Source: Raillietiella orientalis (Eukaryota). Taken from it: a stretch of DNA of 64,000 nucleotides. The notes beneath the pieces are model-generated. The model saw only the letters and a program-made list of their open reading frames with translations, was not told the origin of the DNA and searched no databases. Shown here in pieces: positions 12,246-26,330 of this stretch. The stretch spans positions 1,550,001-1,614,000 of the forward strand of contig JAYWIR010000021.1 in assembly GCA_036172245.1 (NCBI GenBank), in the 5' to 3' direction. How positions within the stretch are numbered: the stretch's first letter is position 1; each line of letters opens with the position of its first letter. The translations under genes and the position numbers were made by a program.

Positions 12246-15200
12246 GCTCCTTTTTTCTCGAGATGACGAGCAGTGTCTTCCAATCTGCTAATGCACTATG
12301 CGAGAGAAAAACTTATCCATCCAACTGTCCACGCTTTACTCTTTCCCATAAGTGCAAATCTGCTGCTGCTGCCTTGTGACCCTGGATACTTTCATGATTT
12401 TTACCACATTCCCTATCCTAGAAATTTTGCGATCGAAACCACAAGCGGAAATCCTTGCAGATCGCTGAGTTTCGTAGGCAGAATGTCGCTAAGGCACATT
12501 TCTTCCGACTTCATGTCAGGTGGCTCCCTTGAGATGATCGTCAAAGCAAAGGATTCATTCAGCTGAATCGCAAGAGGCTAATCATAACACACAGATCGAG
12601 GAAAAGGGGAAATGCGGAGAACAAATCGATGAGAATGTATCCCTTCGCTCTTTTGCTCTTCAGCTGACCCATGTCCAATTGTCTTTCCGAGCTTTTAGTA
12701 AGAATTTCGAGTTCGCTTTCGCGTTTCCAGCTTCTAGCGTCTAAGGATACGGCAGACTACATTTTTACATCACTAAGTAACTGGAGGATGCCTTTATTAA
12801 AATGGATGCCTTCTTTCACAACCCGGAAAAATGGCATAATTGTGAAACTCATCAAAATCTGATCGTCAAAGTGAAAACGAGCCTCTTGAACTGGGTTCTT
12901 CATATCAGAAGTGTCGTAAGCGTTTTCTCAGCTGATGTATGGGACACTTTCGAAACCATTCCAACTTGGATGAGATCCAGGCCAAGACTTCGCGAGATCA
13001 TTCACTCCAAACAGAGCAAACGATGACTCAGGCCCGTGTAACGCTGAATCAAATCCATACTGAAACCAAAGATCCACATCTGCAAACCACTTTATTCTTT
13101 TGCTTACCCTGGTCGAACGAAATCAGTGGTCAGACCAGATCGTGAACGAAAGGGAAATCCCTTTTCGCTCATTGGAGAGAGCAAACAGCTATAGGCAAAG
13201 GAGCGAAACCGTTGAAGAAAGTTAGGCATTCCGAAAGACCTGAGAGCAGACTAGGAGTAGAAAGATTGCAACCCTCTTCCTTCCTCCTTCCACCTCGTTG
13301 CTAACGCCCCCGATTAAAGATTTCGGATTCCCTATTCCTATTGGGAATCATTCAAAGATGCAGCATCCAATTTGTAGAGGACCTGCGCTTGAATTTTCGC
13401 TCACACACATCGCGTATTTGCTTTCCAGCAACTAAAGGGCTCTACGACGACCACCAGGGAATTTTCGAGCAAGAAACAAGACGTCATCACCCGCCACTGG
13501 CTGCTCTCCGGACTCTGAAACGCGCCTGACGGTCGGTAGGCCTGCAAGGTCCCTTGGGATTGTTTCCTTCGCCAAAAGCAGAGAGCATTCGCTGATCAGT
13601 TGACTGGGCAAGAGGTTATGACTCCCACCGGGAGGAAAGAGGGAAAATCGCTCCCTGGTTCAAGCTGTTGCTGACGCCGCCGGGATCGGTTTCGGTCAGC
13701 AGCTCCTGGTCCGCTCTTCACGGGTTGACGATCCTTCCTCTTACCGTGGTTTCTGCTGTGCTGAATCTTTCGTCTGATCCAGCCCAGCACCTTACAGATG
13801 ACTCGGAAACAACTGTAGCTCGGTTTCGGGCTCGGAAGAGACGGACTGGCTTAGACGTGTCTAGAAAAGACAGTGCGTGAGTGCCTTGAGGCACGAGATG
13901 ATTCTGTGAAAAGGAGGAAGGAATGAGGAAGAGGAGGTCATGCTGCTCATCTTGACGATGAGTCCTGATTAAGGCTGGGTGATTCAGGAGAAATGGGAGG
14001 AGGAAGTGATGGGGAAGGGTGATGCCGTTAGAGCAGGAGGGAGGGACAGCACTAGAGACTCCCCTCAAGAAGGCGAAAACCCTTTCCAGGAAACGGACCC
14101 TCCCTTCTCTCGGTCGGCAGAGGTCATCAACAGCCTGGTCCCATCCCATGAGCAGCGAGTTTTCCGTATCCCTCGGGGCCCCTTCTCGGTCGGTGAGAAG
14201 GGAAGAGTCTCCCAGATCTGTGAGTTTCTGAGCTCCCCCTCTTGCGGTGTCGACAGGCAGGAACCGCGGCTAAAGGAAATCTTCGGAATCGGCCGCCGAG
14301 ATCCTCTTCGGGTGGCGTGTCCATTCCTCCGTCTCGAGGGCGCTGTGAGAAATGTGCCGAAGAGTGAAACTGCATTCTGCCGATGCGCTCCGAAATAGAA
14401 CGCATCGGAGCCGCCTGAAAATCCGAGGGGACGAAGGCAGAACTTTGGCCAGGCAGCATCTTCGTGAGCACGCGCGCAAGTTAACGGGGGAAAATTTCGC
14501 TCTCCCAGGGAGAGCGAGGTCAGGAGAGTGGGAGGAGGAGCAGCAGGAGGAAGGGAAAGGCGGCAGGGGGAGTTACGGAGAAGCGGAAGACCGCTGCGCG
14601 CGCGCACAGGACGCGAGCAGCATCCGGAGACACCCACCCACACCACATCCACCAGAGACGGAAGTCTTCGATCACGCAGGCGTGTGCGCAGCGTCCGCGG
14701 ACTCGCTCTCGTCCGGGATCACCTGGAATTGCCAGCCGCGGTCACAGAGCTCCGCCCTCGGCGGGCGCTCCACGCAGCAGCCAACCGGTCAACTCGGCGT
14801 CTCCTCTCGGTGGTTCCGGAGCGTCGCGTCCCCGGTGCGAGTGAGTTGCCCATTGCGCCGGTGTCGGCGCTTCAGCTCACGTAGGCATTCGCGCCTCGAG
14901 GTGGCGCGTTCGTCCCCAGCTAGCTGGGGATCTCGGCGACATCGAGGTGCTGGGAGCAGGGTTGGGTCCGCGGGGACGTCGCATCAGGGTCAGGAACGCG
15001 CCTCCAGGGGAGGGGGGGGGGAGCTTCGCGCACATGTCCCGGTGAGAGAGGCGCGCCGCACTCGAACGCAGCCGCCTGTCTTGTCTGGACGAAGGTAGGA
15101 AGGTCAGCTCGGAAGTGGCGTGCGCGCCATCTGGCTCCCAGGAGAGAGGGAACTCTTATCTCTTTCCTTCAGGAAAGGAGAGCGGAGCCAAATTTTTCGC

Positions 15201-15950
15201 CTCAGTGGAATGAGCGCGTGCCCACGGGTTTGAGACGTCCGCCTCCTCGAACCGCACTGCATCCGTCTTCAGCGGGCGTGGAGCGCTGGCCATCTGGAGC
15301 ACCGAGGTGCGTCCGTCCCTTCTGAGCGGTGCCAAAGTTCCACGGGGATTTGCGCGCTCCCGCACGTGACCTCGAGGGTGAAAGAGGCGCCACTCCACGA
15401 CAGGAATGGCACCCCCTTCCCAAACCTCTTCTTCCACCCTGGCGGAATCCCAGGCTGCAGCTGGCCTTCCCCTGCACTTTTTGCGAAGATGGAGGAAAGC
15501 AATTCCTCTTCCACGAAAGCAATTCCTTCCCGGGTCGGGTAATCCCTGCTGAGGTGCAGAGCAGCGGCGACGACCTGGCGGTCCCGAAATGTGCGATGGT
15601 CCGTCACGGGGTCAAGAGCGCCAGGTCGCGGGCCAACTCACCTCAGGACCTTCCGCGTCGAGTGCTCCTCTCCGGTACAGTCTTTTCAGTGTCCCGGGGT
15701 GCCTCCCGAGACGGAGGACGCTGCAAAAGCAGCGCCTCTCGAGCGGCGGCATCTCAGCGGCAGATATGCAAGGAAGAGAGCAAGGCTGCTGAGCGCGGAT
15801 TCCTCGCGCCCCGGGAGTCCCCACGGGAAGCTCCGGGGGGAAGGCGGCGCGCTAGGCTTCCTCTCGCGGGCTCGCGTTTTGCACCTGGCAGGAGCGGCGA
15901 CGCTCAACTCACCCTACTCTCCTGAGAGCCCGCGGGACTCCGGAGAGAGC
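11200..15950 (-). mobile_element. Decayed L1/Tx1-like LINE (ORF1-like, APE endonuclease, RT remnants)
   Basis: Frameshifted minus-strand motifs in LINE order: LLLAKET, ASGG, IGGVSN, SDH (APE-like, about 13600-13130), then VTHPEKS, DLWEAFDS and ITRTVPQGS (RT-like, about 11850-11290). ORF1 part and 5' limit are weakly supported. Confidence 0.55.
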
Positions 15951-17514
15951 CGAAAGAGGAGGCGACGCTTCCCCAGGCTAAGAACAGGGTGGCAAAAAAA
16001 CAAAAAAACAAAAAAACGTGGCTTCACTTTGTAACGCCATCGTGCGATTGTCATGGTGATAGTTGGAGGACGCAACCTCGTCCCAAGAGCCGAGGAGCCC
16101 CGCCCTCCGTGGCGGGGCGCGAGGGAAAGCCCGCAGTTCGGATGAAGGGAGGGGGGATGCTATCCTTCCACTTTCCCGGGGAGAAGCAAGGAGGAATCGT
16201 CCGCATCTACTCCGAGAGAGTCCTGTCAATCGTCGTGGCGGCGGCGCCCGTGAAGGGAAAGCTCGGGCTCTCCCTCTTTTTCCGGCGGCGCCTTCTCCTG
16301 TCCACGACGGATTGCCCGGACACAAGCGAGAAATCCCGGTCCTATCCTATTTCCTCCTGTCAGGGAAGGAAGGGCAAGGAAAGCGATCTTCCGGAGTGCA
16401 GCTGTCGCAGCCGGGATCGCACCGAGGCGGAGAGTGGAAGGCTCGCGCGGCCAGAGACTCGATTAAGAGGAGGGCAAGGGAAGCGGAGGAGAAGGAGGGG
16501 AGAGGATGAGAACGGGATCTGCGATCTGCCACATGGCAGCCTCTGCAACCTTCCAGGAGCCGCGAAGTTCCTTCCGGAACGCAGCGCAGCGACGGAGCAC
16601 TGCCCCACGCTCCGCCTTCGGTGCGTGGGGGCGAGGAAGACCCCAGGCATCTGCCGTTGGCCACCACGCTGACTGCCGGAGGCCAGGAGCACTCAAAGGG
16701 ATCCTCCCACGTCCAGGGGGCAGGATCCTTCGAATATCGCTGGAAAGAAAAAAAGGAGAGGAGGGTGGAGAGGAAGAGGGTGCCATAAAGACCTGGGGGG
16801 CAGGTCGGCCGCGGAAGGAATTTGCTGGCCACTCCCTCGCTCGTCCAGGAGCGACCTTGCCGTTTCGTCCGCCCAACAAAGAAAACGCCACCATCCACCT
16901 CACTTCACTCCTGCTCTGTGAGCTCCATGAGGAACCGACGTTCCTCGCAGAGGTCTGCCTCCGCGCGGGAACGGTCAGAATCCGCTCAGCTTCGATGGGA
17001 TGGGGGGGGGGGGAAGGGGGGAACACTGGCCTTCGAAGGGTGATGATGGCACTGCGTATTTGTTGAAGGCGCGGGATGGCACGTGCGCCGTCGACCTTTC
17101 CTCCCATGCCGGCCCACCTGAATCTAGCCGCCGTTTCGTGTTCTGCCACTCACGGAGACGTCGGCGGGGCAGCAGGGGCGATTAGCGGAAGGAAAACGCA
17201 GGGCGCTCGAGTTTTTTATGGCGTTTTTTATGAGCCGATCGGGGAGCTGTGATCCGGGAGAAGAGGCTGCCTCTTTTGTTCGGATCTTTCGCAGCTCCCT
17301 TTTCGATCGCACACCTGGGAGGCCTCATTTGGCAACCCGCCTCTCTGAGCCCAGCTTTCCGGGTGCATCCCGTCGGGAACCAGCGCGCTCTGTTTCCGAG
17401 CTGGGGATGTTCCACAGCCGCCGGGGGAAGGGGGATGGGGGGGAGGTTTCTTTGGTTGCTAGAGGGCAAAACCGACCTCGCACTGCGGCAACCTAGTCCA
17501 GGAAATCTTCGGTT

Positions 17515-18448
17515 TTCCCCAAGTCCCACGAGGGGTGGGGTAAATTTATTTTCTTTTTGTCATTCACACTGCATACTCATTTATTCAATTTTTATTTCAC
17601 TATCACTTATGCCTTTAAAGGTCACTAAATAGGTGTCACAACACTGGAGTTCTGCATTAGGGTGGACTGGGCGTTGCTTGAGCCTGGGCATTATCTTCAA
17701 TCCTTTTCAAGACCTACCGATAAATCCATGCCGGCACTCTGCCACAGTTCCTTGTGCGGATAATCTCTTCCTGGATAACCGCTTTCAGGATTTCCATGGG
17801 AGATGGGGCCGTTCTGGAGTTGCTCATTTTCCACCATCTTATGAGGATGGCGGTGATGAACAGGGCAACGGTCATCCCAACCATGCGGTTGCAACAGGGG
17901 ACGTTTCCACTTCCCTGGAGCATCTTGGCTAGCACTTCCGTTGGCGCGAGTAGTTTTGCAGCCCTGTGACCCTTTTCAGGGTCTGCCAGTCTTGATGGTT
18001 TGTGGGGCAGGTCAAGACGTGAAGTCTGGTGTCCACATCCCCGCATGCTCTGCAGTCCTCATCTTGTCTTGCTCCTGTGTAATGTCTCATTCTAGTGCTG
18101 CCGAGGATTCCTCTGTGATGGAACATCAGGAGATTATCCTGGGAGGTCACTCCTCCAGATCGTGGTTCCCACCGCCAGGGGATTGACAATGTCAGCCCCG
18201 TGGTGACGGGCAGCTTGCTGGAGGGCGCTGGTGTCCTTATCGTCTTTCCTTATGATGCAGCGTAGGTTTTTCTTGGTTATCCTGGACCACGCGTAGTTGT
18301 GGTTTTTCCACACTCCGCGGGTCTTGTGGGTAAACCTTCCCGTCATCATGTCAATGTATCGGAGTATCCGGGAGTGGTGGTGGAATCCACTAGGCTTCCA
18401 CTGTTGTATTCGTTGTAGGATGACTCTGGGCAGTTGGTGGATCCAGCT
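17515..18448 (-). mobile_element. 5'-truncated L1/Tx1-like LINE insertion with 16-bp TSD
   Basis: Perfect direct repeat CAGGAAATCTTCGGTT at 17499-17514 and 18449-18464; zinc knuckle CRACGDVDTRLHVLTC; frameshifted C-terminal ORF2; 3' AATAAA followed by a stem-loop. Confidence 0.85.
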
Positions 18449-20431
18449 CAGGAAATCTTCGGTTAGACCCGGAACTTTTTCCCGGAATCGTTTGAAAGCA
18501 TCACGAGGGAGACCAAGCGTTTCCGGAAGACGCCGGAGGGGCAGGTGGGGAGCGTTCCTGGAAGGTCGGGGCAGATGAAGCAGCTTGCACAGAATCCACG
18601 CAAGTGATCCTCTGCTCTCCGTCTCGAGTTTCCAGACCCGAATTTCCGCGATGGGCAAGGGCGAGGAGGGATCGGTGGTCCTCCTTGCTCTTGGGGACTC
18701 CCCCTCTTGGGGAAAAGACCAAGCGGAACGCTCGTTTTTTGAGAGGGGGGGGGGGGGAGACGGCAGCTCATGCGGAGCGTGGCTAGGGGGCAGTGGCACG
18801 AGGGAGGGCAGCCAGCTATTTCTAAAAGACTTCGAGGGAGGGAGGGGGGGGGGGGGGGAGAAGGAAGGTTCCTCGAGCCTGGACCACGAGGGGAATTGGC
18901 ACTTTTTCGAGAAGGCAACTACGCCGCTGCTGACCCGCTGCGGGGGGTGAGGGCGCTCCCCCCGCGGCCTTCAGACACTCGACGCGGCGCACGCGCCGTC
19001 CCTTTCCCCGTGTTCGTCTTGTTCGCGCGCCGACGCCGGCGCGTCGCTCGGCCCGTTCTGGTGCCGAGCCACTCGGCCGGAAGGCAGGCGGAGAAGACGC
19101 GCCGCCGCGTCCGCGAGCGCATTCCATCCTTCGAGGTCGCGGCCCGCTTCCTGCAGAAGAGCGCAAGGGAACGCCACGAGAAGCAGCGGCAGCAGTCCGG
19201 GTTTCCGAGGACGGTTTCCAGCGCCGCTCCCGGCGGGCGCGCATCAGACCGCCGCCCGGGGGGAGGAGATGACGGCTGCGAAACAGACCGCGAGTGTCAT
19301 CCGCCTTGCGGTGCAATACGAATCCTCTGCGTTTTGCACAATTAGCAATAATCTGTATTCCGCTGACCTGTGGGTTCCTGACTCTGGCCACGGACAGATA
19401 GTTCCATAGGTCGGAAATCATTTTTGGCCAATTATTCGAAACACATCGGGCGATCGCGCCTCGTGACCTCTGCGTCGTGCGTTGGGTGGTGGCCGGTTTT
19501 TTTTTTTTTTCTCTCGGAAGGACTGCACCAAGGAGAACGTTCCTCCTGTAGCAGCTTCTTTCTTCCTCCCTCCCTCTCCTTTTTCTCCTCCTTTCTCTCC
19601 CTCTTTGTCCGTGAGGAAAGGGGAAGCAGGACGAGGAAGCGGTGGGGAGCTGACGGAGGGACAAGCGAGCACGAACGGAAGTGGATTTCTGCCGTGTTCC
19701 CCCTGAAAGAGGTTCCGTTCCCGTTGGTTTCCCGAACCCGGGAACTTTTTCCGATCCGGCGGGGAGGGGGGTGGGGTTCTGCCCGGAACCGCCATGTCGT
19801 CGTCCCCGGAGGGGGGAAAGGGGAGGGATCACGGGCGCTCCGAGGCGCTCCGTTCCTTTGGGGAGCTCGGGAGAGAACGCACGCCGCCTCCCGAAACCAC
19901 GCGCAGCGGCTCACGGGAACGTTCGAAAGCGGGAGAACGCCCTTGCGGGGAGAAGGGGGCCGGCCCCGCATGTGCAACCTGCGCGTACAACTCGGCCTGC
20001 GTGCATACACGCCGTTCGAGCTTCCGACCACTGCGCGTGGCGAGATTTCTCGTCCAGGATATTCTGGACGTTTCGCTCCTGGGCTCCGCTCGTTGCGCGC
20101 CACCAGCCCGGGGAAACGGAGCGCCAGCATTCCGTACGAAGGCGGCGAGGCTTTCGAGCCGAGGACGAACTTTCCGGGGGGTTTCGCTTTAATGAGGATG
20201 ATGATGGCGGCAACGTAGCGTTAGCAAAACCGGACGGCCTTTTTTTTTTTTTTTCTCCTATGAAAATCAAAGTTGCTTATTTGTCTTGGAGACAGTGTCG
20301 AGTTGCCTCCGAAATTGGGGATATTGCATTTCCCATATTGCAGTAATATGAGTTTTTTTGTGTAGTTCAAATTCCGCCAAATGCAATCTGCAGCCAATCA
20401 CGTGCGAGTAGGAAAAAAGTTTTTTTTTGTA

Positions 20432-20432
<1 letters not shown>

Positions 20433-20465
<33 letters not shown>
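20433..20465. repeat. (TG)n microsatellite
   Basis: Direct inspection. Confidence 0.95.
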
Positions 20466-20467
<2 letters not shown>

Positions 20468-20621
20468 CGCGTGCAGCAGGTGTCCGCATGGAGGTGCAGA
20501 TGATATATGCTGCTCCTTAAAATGTGAACCGCCCATGAATCACGGACGGAGCATTTCGTCCACTTGGTTAACACCGTGTCGAACATGTGTACTCGCGAGA
20601 CAAATGAGTTTCAAGACACAA

Positions 20622-20654
<33 letters not shown>

Positions 20655-23600
20655 CTTATCTCATCAGAAAAAGCATTTCGAGATCCGGCAATCTGATTTC
20701 GGGTTTTTCGCAAAATTAATCACAACTTGGCACGAAATCGAACACCATCCCATAAATCACACTTCACATGAATAATCTCGAAGTAATCTCAATATGCACA
20801 CCTCGCTCTTGTCCAACCCCTATTTAAATGAAACTATTTGTCAAACGAATCGGCGAATCTTTTCTGCTCTTGCGGCTCTCGTGAGAGCATCGGGAGAACA
20901 GGGATGGTGAGAAGGTTGGCTTGGAAACGATCCGTTGAGAGGCACCCTTTGAAGAGGCATCGTGCAGCATGTCGCGTTACCATCGCAATCCGACAGCACC
21001 AGATCGGAAAGTTGGATGCGTGTTTTCCTTCTTCGTCTTCCTCCTCCTCCTCCTGCGGGAGGTCTCAGCATGGACGGACGCGGGCAGCGTGGTTAACCAT
21101 GATTCTCCCAAAGTCCGGTTCAAAGAGACGTTTTCGTGTTCTCCATGGCAACGCTTCGCTGTCAGGAATGCCAGGTGCTTGACCAGGGAGAGGGCTCGTT
21201 GCAACTTCCAGAGAGGTGCCACTTTCCTGCAACACGCATGCCTTTGGTGTTTTCGCAGGAGCGCCGATTTTCCGAAATCCGTGGTGAAGAGCAGAGGAGG
21301 GAGAAGAAGAAGAAGAATCTTAGGAGCGCGGATTCGCCTGCCCAGTGAGCGGCGAATACGAAACCTCGAATCTCCCAGCCAACGTTTTCGATATCTCATT
21401 TTCACTTTTTTACTTCCCCCCCCCCCCCAAAAAAAAAAAAAAAGTCGTGTCTTTCGACGGCTTCCGATTGCCATGGAGACTTCGATCGGCAGAGAACAAA
21501 TCTCTTCTCCCGCTTGAGATTCCCCGGAGAAAGAGTCATCCAGAAACGGTAGCAGCCTTCTTGCATTTTTCCCGTTTTCGGACGACGAGAAGCTCTCGTT
21601 TTCTCCAGAACGGGTGTCGTTCTTCCTGTTTTTCTTCCTTTCTTTTTTTTTTTTTTTTCCACGTTTTTTTTTTTTCTTCTCTCCTTCTTCTTCACGGTGT
21701 GCTGATAGAGCTCTTCGCGAGATAGTGGGAGCTTTCCCAATTTCTTTGTGTTCCTCCAAGGTTGTTGTTTTTTTTTTTTTCTCTTCCTCTCGAATGAAAT
21801 GGACTCCGGTCAGATTGCCGTTAAGTTATCCTAAAAGCGATTCCATGTTGTAGATTAAATTACAAATAAAGATTTGTAATTACACTGCACTGTGGGATCT
21901 TCGCGTCCTTTTTTTTTTTTTTTTTTTCCTTCTTTCTTTCCCTCCTCCTTCCCTCTTCAGTTGTGCGATTCTGGAAAAGCGGAAAATCACCGCCTCGTAC
22001 ACGTGTGAGCACATTTTTCGTTTCAAGGAGCGTACATGAAGAACGTATACAAGTACGGTGGGAAAGGAACGTACGCGTATGCGTACACCACGATGCGCCG
22101 AAGGCGAGGCTGAGACCGAATCGAAGGGGCGATTTTCGGTTCGGATGGTCGCGAAAGCCTTCGACCTCGCGCCGCCGCTCGCGGTGCGAAGAAGAGTTCG
22201 GAGGGAAGCCGAGCACCTGCGAGTCTCGCAGGTGCTCTGCGTTTTGGAATTGTGGACCGAAATGCAGAGAAAGTGCAAGCAGAAGCACCCAATGGATCGT
22301 GAGATGTCCAAACATTATAATATCACACGCATGTGAGTGCGTGGGCCGTCAAAGAGCTGCACGCGCTTTCCGGCGCGTGCAGCGAAGACGAACGCTTGCA
22401 TCCCACCTCGGCTCGTTCCCCTTGGGCTTGCGTCTCCTGGAAAAATGAAAGAAGAAGGAGAAGGAGAGCAGAAGGCGACGGGAAGACTCGCTCCCGGGAG
22501 CTCGGCACAGGCACGGGGCAACCTCGCGTCTTTGGCGTTGAGACTTGTGTCCGGCGGGCTAGTCGAAACCAGCCAAGGGAGAGAGAGTGCGCCAAGTGGT
22601 AAACAAAAAAAGCGGTTCCACTCACGAAGAGCAGGCTCGCGAGGACTGGAGGCCAGACTGCCGGTCTGGAAGAACGGAAGGACCGGGGAACCGGAAGCGG
22701 ACGGCAGAAATGTGGCGCTCGCAAAGGTGGAATAAAGCCGCTGCGGATCACCAAGAGAAGGCAAAGAGGGAAAACTTTTGGGCGAAGAGCAGAATCTTCT
22801 GGGTTCACGTAGTCCTCCTTGAAAAGAGGGGGAGAGGGGAACTCGGCTGCAGATTCCCCAGCGGCGCTCCGTGAACCCGAAGAGCCATCCCGGCTTGGAG
22901 CTCGCGGTGGTCATCCTCAGGACACAACAAGATCGGCCTAGGAAACGCACAGGTAAGAAAGAGATTTCCCCTTCTCACTGCCCCCTTGGAATCACTTCCA
23001 TGACGAGGATTCCCGCCTACTGGGGTGTGCTCCTCCTTCCCGGTTCGCCGGAACTCGTCCTAAGTGCCATGGGGGTGCAACGAGCCCAGGTCAAATCGAA
23101 AATCCCGTTCCAGTGCTCTCATCCCGTTTCATTTAACAACCCTGACCATCCGGGAAGCCTCCTGCCGCTGCTTCCCTCTCCTCGCTCTTTGCTCGAATGC
23201 AAAACGGGAACGTTCCCAGAACTAGAGCTAAGTGTTCTGGGATCTGCGTGCCGGACTGATCCCGAGGCCGCCCGCACGCGCCCACCTCGTCGGTCGCCAT
23301 CTTTTCTCACGCCGGACTCTGCTCGCGCCATCCTACTCAAACAAGGCACGGACTCTGGAAAGAAGGAACCATCTTCAGGGAAGGCGGGAGCAGTCCTGCG
23401 GTGCGCCTCCGCCTTTCCCCGCGCCCCCTTCCCCTCCCTTTCCTCTCCCGACTACCGGTCCTACTCGAAGTTTCGGGCTTCCCGCAGCAGGAAGGCTCGA
23501 CTCCGTCGGTTCAATACCTTCGGAGGCAACACCCTTTCTTGTGAACAGTAAATTCATCCTGTGAGAGAGGTCGGTTCCAACGCCCTGCCGGCTTGGACAT

Positions 23601-24229
23601 TGGGCACATCCAGAGCCACGTTCCGTCCGGAGCTGGAAAACGATTCTTCTGTTCAAACAGAATGAGAAGCAGCTTTTCCGTCAAGATGCGGGCAGACGAA
23701 GGGCTTTGGTGGCAGAGCCACGTGATGCCGGCGGAAGCGACTGACCTCCAGTCGCCGTTTTGCCAACGACCACCGCAACGCACGTCATTTTTCGACCGCA
23801 TGGTTTCACGCCGGTTGTGAGCCTTTAAACGGGGGCGGTTGAGTGTTGCCGGAGACTTCAGCTTCTCCGCGACCGATCTTCCAGATTCCCCCCCCTCCTC
23901 ACCTCAGAAAAAGGAGAGCATTCGGATCTTCGATCTTACCAGAGGAACTCTGCTGTCGACAGGACAGGCGCTCGCGATTCTTAGCCGAAATCGTGACAGG
24001 GCGGAATCGTCACGGAACCTCATTAGAGGAACGCCGTGCCGATCTTGACTTTGACCGTGCCCATAAACGTGGTGGTCAGGTCCATTAGGAAGCTTCGCAG
24101 GAGTTCACGCGAATCCGTGTCCTTGCGCGGTTGACGCAGATTGGCACACCCGCGGGTCCCCCCCCCCCCCCCGAGTCCGTTTTCCGTTTCGACTTGATCG
24201 GTTGATCCCGGTCGTGGGATGGAAAGTGA

Positions 24230-24333
24230 TGACGGAAGGTTCTGGAATTTTCTCTGGTCTCCGCATCGTTCGAGGCTCTTACGTAACGAGGGGTGACGAA
24301 ATGCTTCGGCACGCGCGCGCGCGGAAGGAGGGG
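24230..24333 (+). repeat. Copy 1 of duplicated ~105-120 bp non-coding module
   Basis: TGACGGAAggTTCTGGAATTTTCTCT ... ACGAGGGgTGACGAAATG ... CGCGCGCGCGGA; blocks shared with 26331-26448. Confidence 0.75.
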
Positions 24334-26275
24334 TGGCAGCGGAGACATTCGGGACCATCCTCCCCACCGCGGCCGCCGGGTTTTGCCTCAGATGCGTGTG
24401 ACTGCTGGATCGTGAAGAAGGAGAGGGACAGTCGCCCGACGAAAGCAAAGATGGCTTTGGGCTGAATCGAATTCTGGGCGCTTCCCTCCACTTCCGGGAC
24501 GGGCGCGCTCTCCAGGGACAAGGCGGGGGGAGTCATCGTTAGCTACAGTGAAATTCCTGCCGTAGTCGGTCGCAGTCCTTCTTCCGGTCCAAAAGAAAAA
24601 AGAATTGCCTATGTGTTTCGGTGGACAGCAGGAATCTGCGCCGCATCCCTCTTTTTGTACTCGCTGTTTGTCCTTCTTGACCACGATCCAAAGGTTCTGA
24701 AAACGAGGAAGGACAACTTCCGACTCTCCGGCCTTTGTCTGTCCTCATTGCTGCTGCTTCCACCCCGCGCTCAGCATCCGCATGCCTTTCTCATCCGAGG
24801 CTGACATGACGGCCAACCTATTCCTCCGCTTGCTGGACCTTTGGGTGAGGAGAGAGCACGGTGAACAGTGCAACGCCATCGTCATCGTTATTTTTGGCCG
24901 ACTGGCAGAGGAAGGGCTGCCCCCCAGTGGCCTGATGTTGTGCCGAACGTTTCTCTTTCTGCTCAGTTTCCTGGGATGCACAGCAAACGCCTTCCAGCCT
25001 CAGCTTGTCGGGTCGCCGTCTCGTTCCGTGACACGGACACCCGCCGCCGTCATTAACTTGGATCATCGTGCAATTCAAAGCGCCTGCGATGAATTCCGCG
25101 GACAGGAAGGATTCAGGTGCTCCTGCGGGAGGGGAGGCCGCCAAGATGCCTGCCTCCTTTCGCCTCTCCTTCCCATGTCCTAGGAGGTGCCAGCTAATTT
25201 CTGCCTTCGAGTTTCTGGTTGCAAGAAAAAACTTCCTCGCTCCATTTCTGCTTCCTCTTCCTACCCTCACTGTGCCTCCGCAGCCTCGAGTGGAACCGGG
25301 CAGAATCCTTCTTCGCCGTCCCGCGAAAGAAACGCCGCCGCACCCGTCTCCACCTCTTCCTCCTCGAGACGGGCAACTTCTCGGTTTTGCGTGTAGCTGC
25401 AGGAAGGATGCCTTTGGATCCCAGTCTTCGGCTACCGCGGTCTCCGGAAAGATGCTATCGGGGCAGCAGAGTCTTCGCGCCGGAGGAGCACCCGGCTTTC
25501 CGGAGCTGCGGATGCTGCCTTTAGACAGAGGACACTCTGGCGACAGCCATCCGTCCTCCCTCTTTCATGCCTCAGACGTGCATAGGGCGCCGGCAGGCTC
25601 TGCGACGCGGCGTCTCTTCGAAAACTGGCTCTGCCGCTTCCGGGGAAAATCCTGCCTGGCTACCAAGCGCGCGCGCACGGACGCTGCATCCACCGTCCTT
25701 CGAGATGCACCTACGAGAGGGGATGCCATCGCGTTCGGGCGGAAGAGGAAGAGGCTCTCTCTTGTGTCACACCGACGCCATGTGACTTTTTTCCGTCAGT
25801 GAATGAGTAACCGAGGACCGAGTGGGCGAGTTGGGGCACATATACCTGAAGGGAGGCGGGGTGGGTACGTTCCGTCTCATCGGGAGACCGAGCAAGCGGG
25901 TGCCTCCTTTCCAGAAGTTTCGGGTGCGCGCGCGCACGGGCTCCGAGCAGCTGCCGTCGGCGGCCAACTCCGCGGCGATCCCACCGCCCGTTATCTTGCC
26001 GAACTCTGCTCCCTTATCCACTGCCACTGCCGTATTCGCGAGCGACGGCGAGGAACTCCAGCCTCGATCGAGCACGCCGCGCAACAGGAGACGGAGCGCA
26101 GTATCCATCTGTCACGCGACCGTTGCCACCGCCGCAGCCTCAGTCGCTGCTGCAGCATGACGCAACGCCGCCGTGTGGCAGTTCTTCCGTCAGCCGCCAG
26201 CGAGCGCTCGCGAGCAGCGTCTTTCCTCGGCATTGCATGCGGGAGAGCTGCACGTATCTTCGTTGCCTAAGAGGC

Positions 26276-26322
26276 AGAGAGAGAAAGAGAGGGAGAGGGA
26301 GAGAGAGAGAGAGAGAGGGAGA
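26276..26322. repeat. Imperfect (GA)n tract
   Basis: Direct inspection; lies immediately upstream of module copy 2. Confidence 0.9.
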
Positions 26323-26330
26323 AACGATGC

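Noticed and set aside
22700..25270. ORFs of 96-226 aa upstream of FGF
   Set aside because: No convincing splice structure or motif; at most faint resemblance to decayed LINE ORF1.
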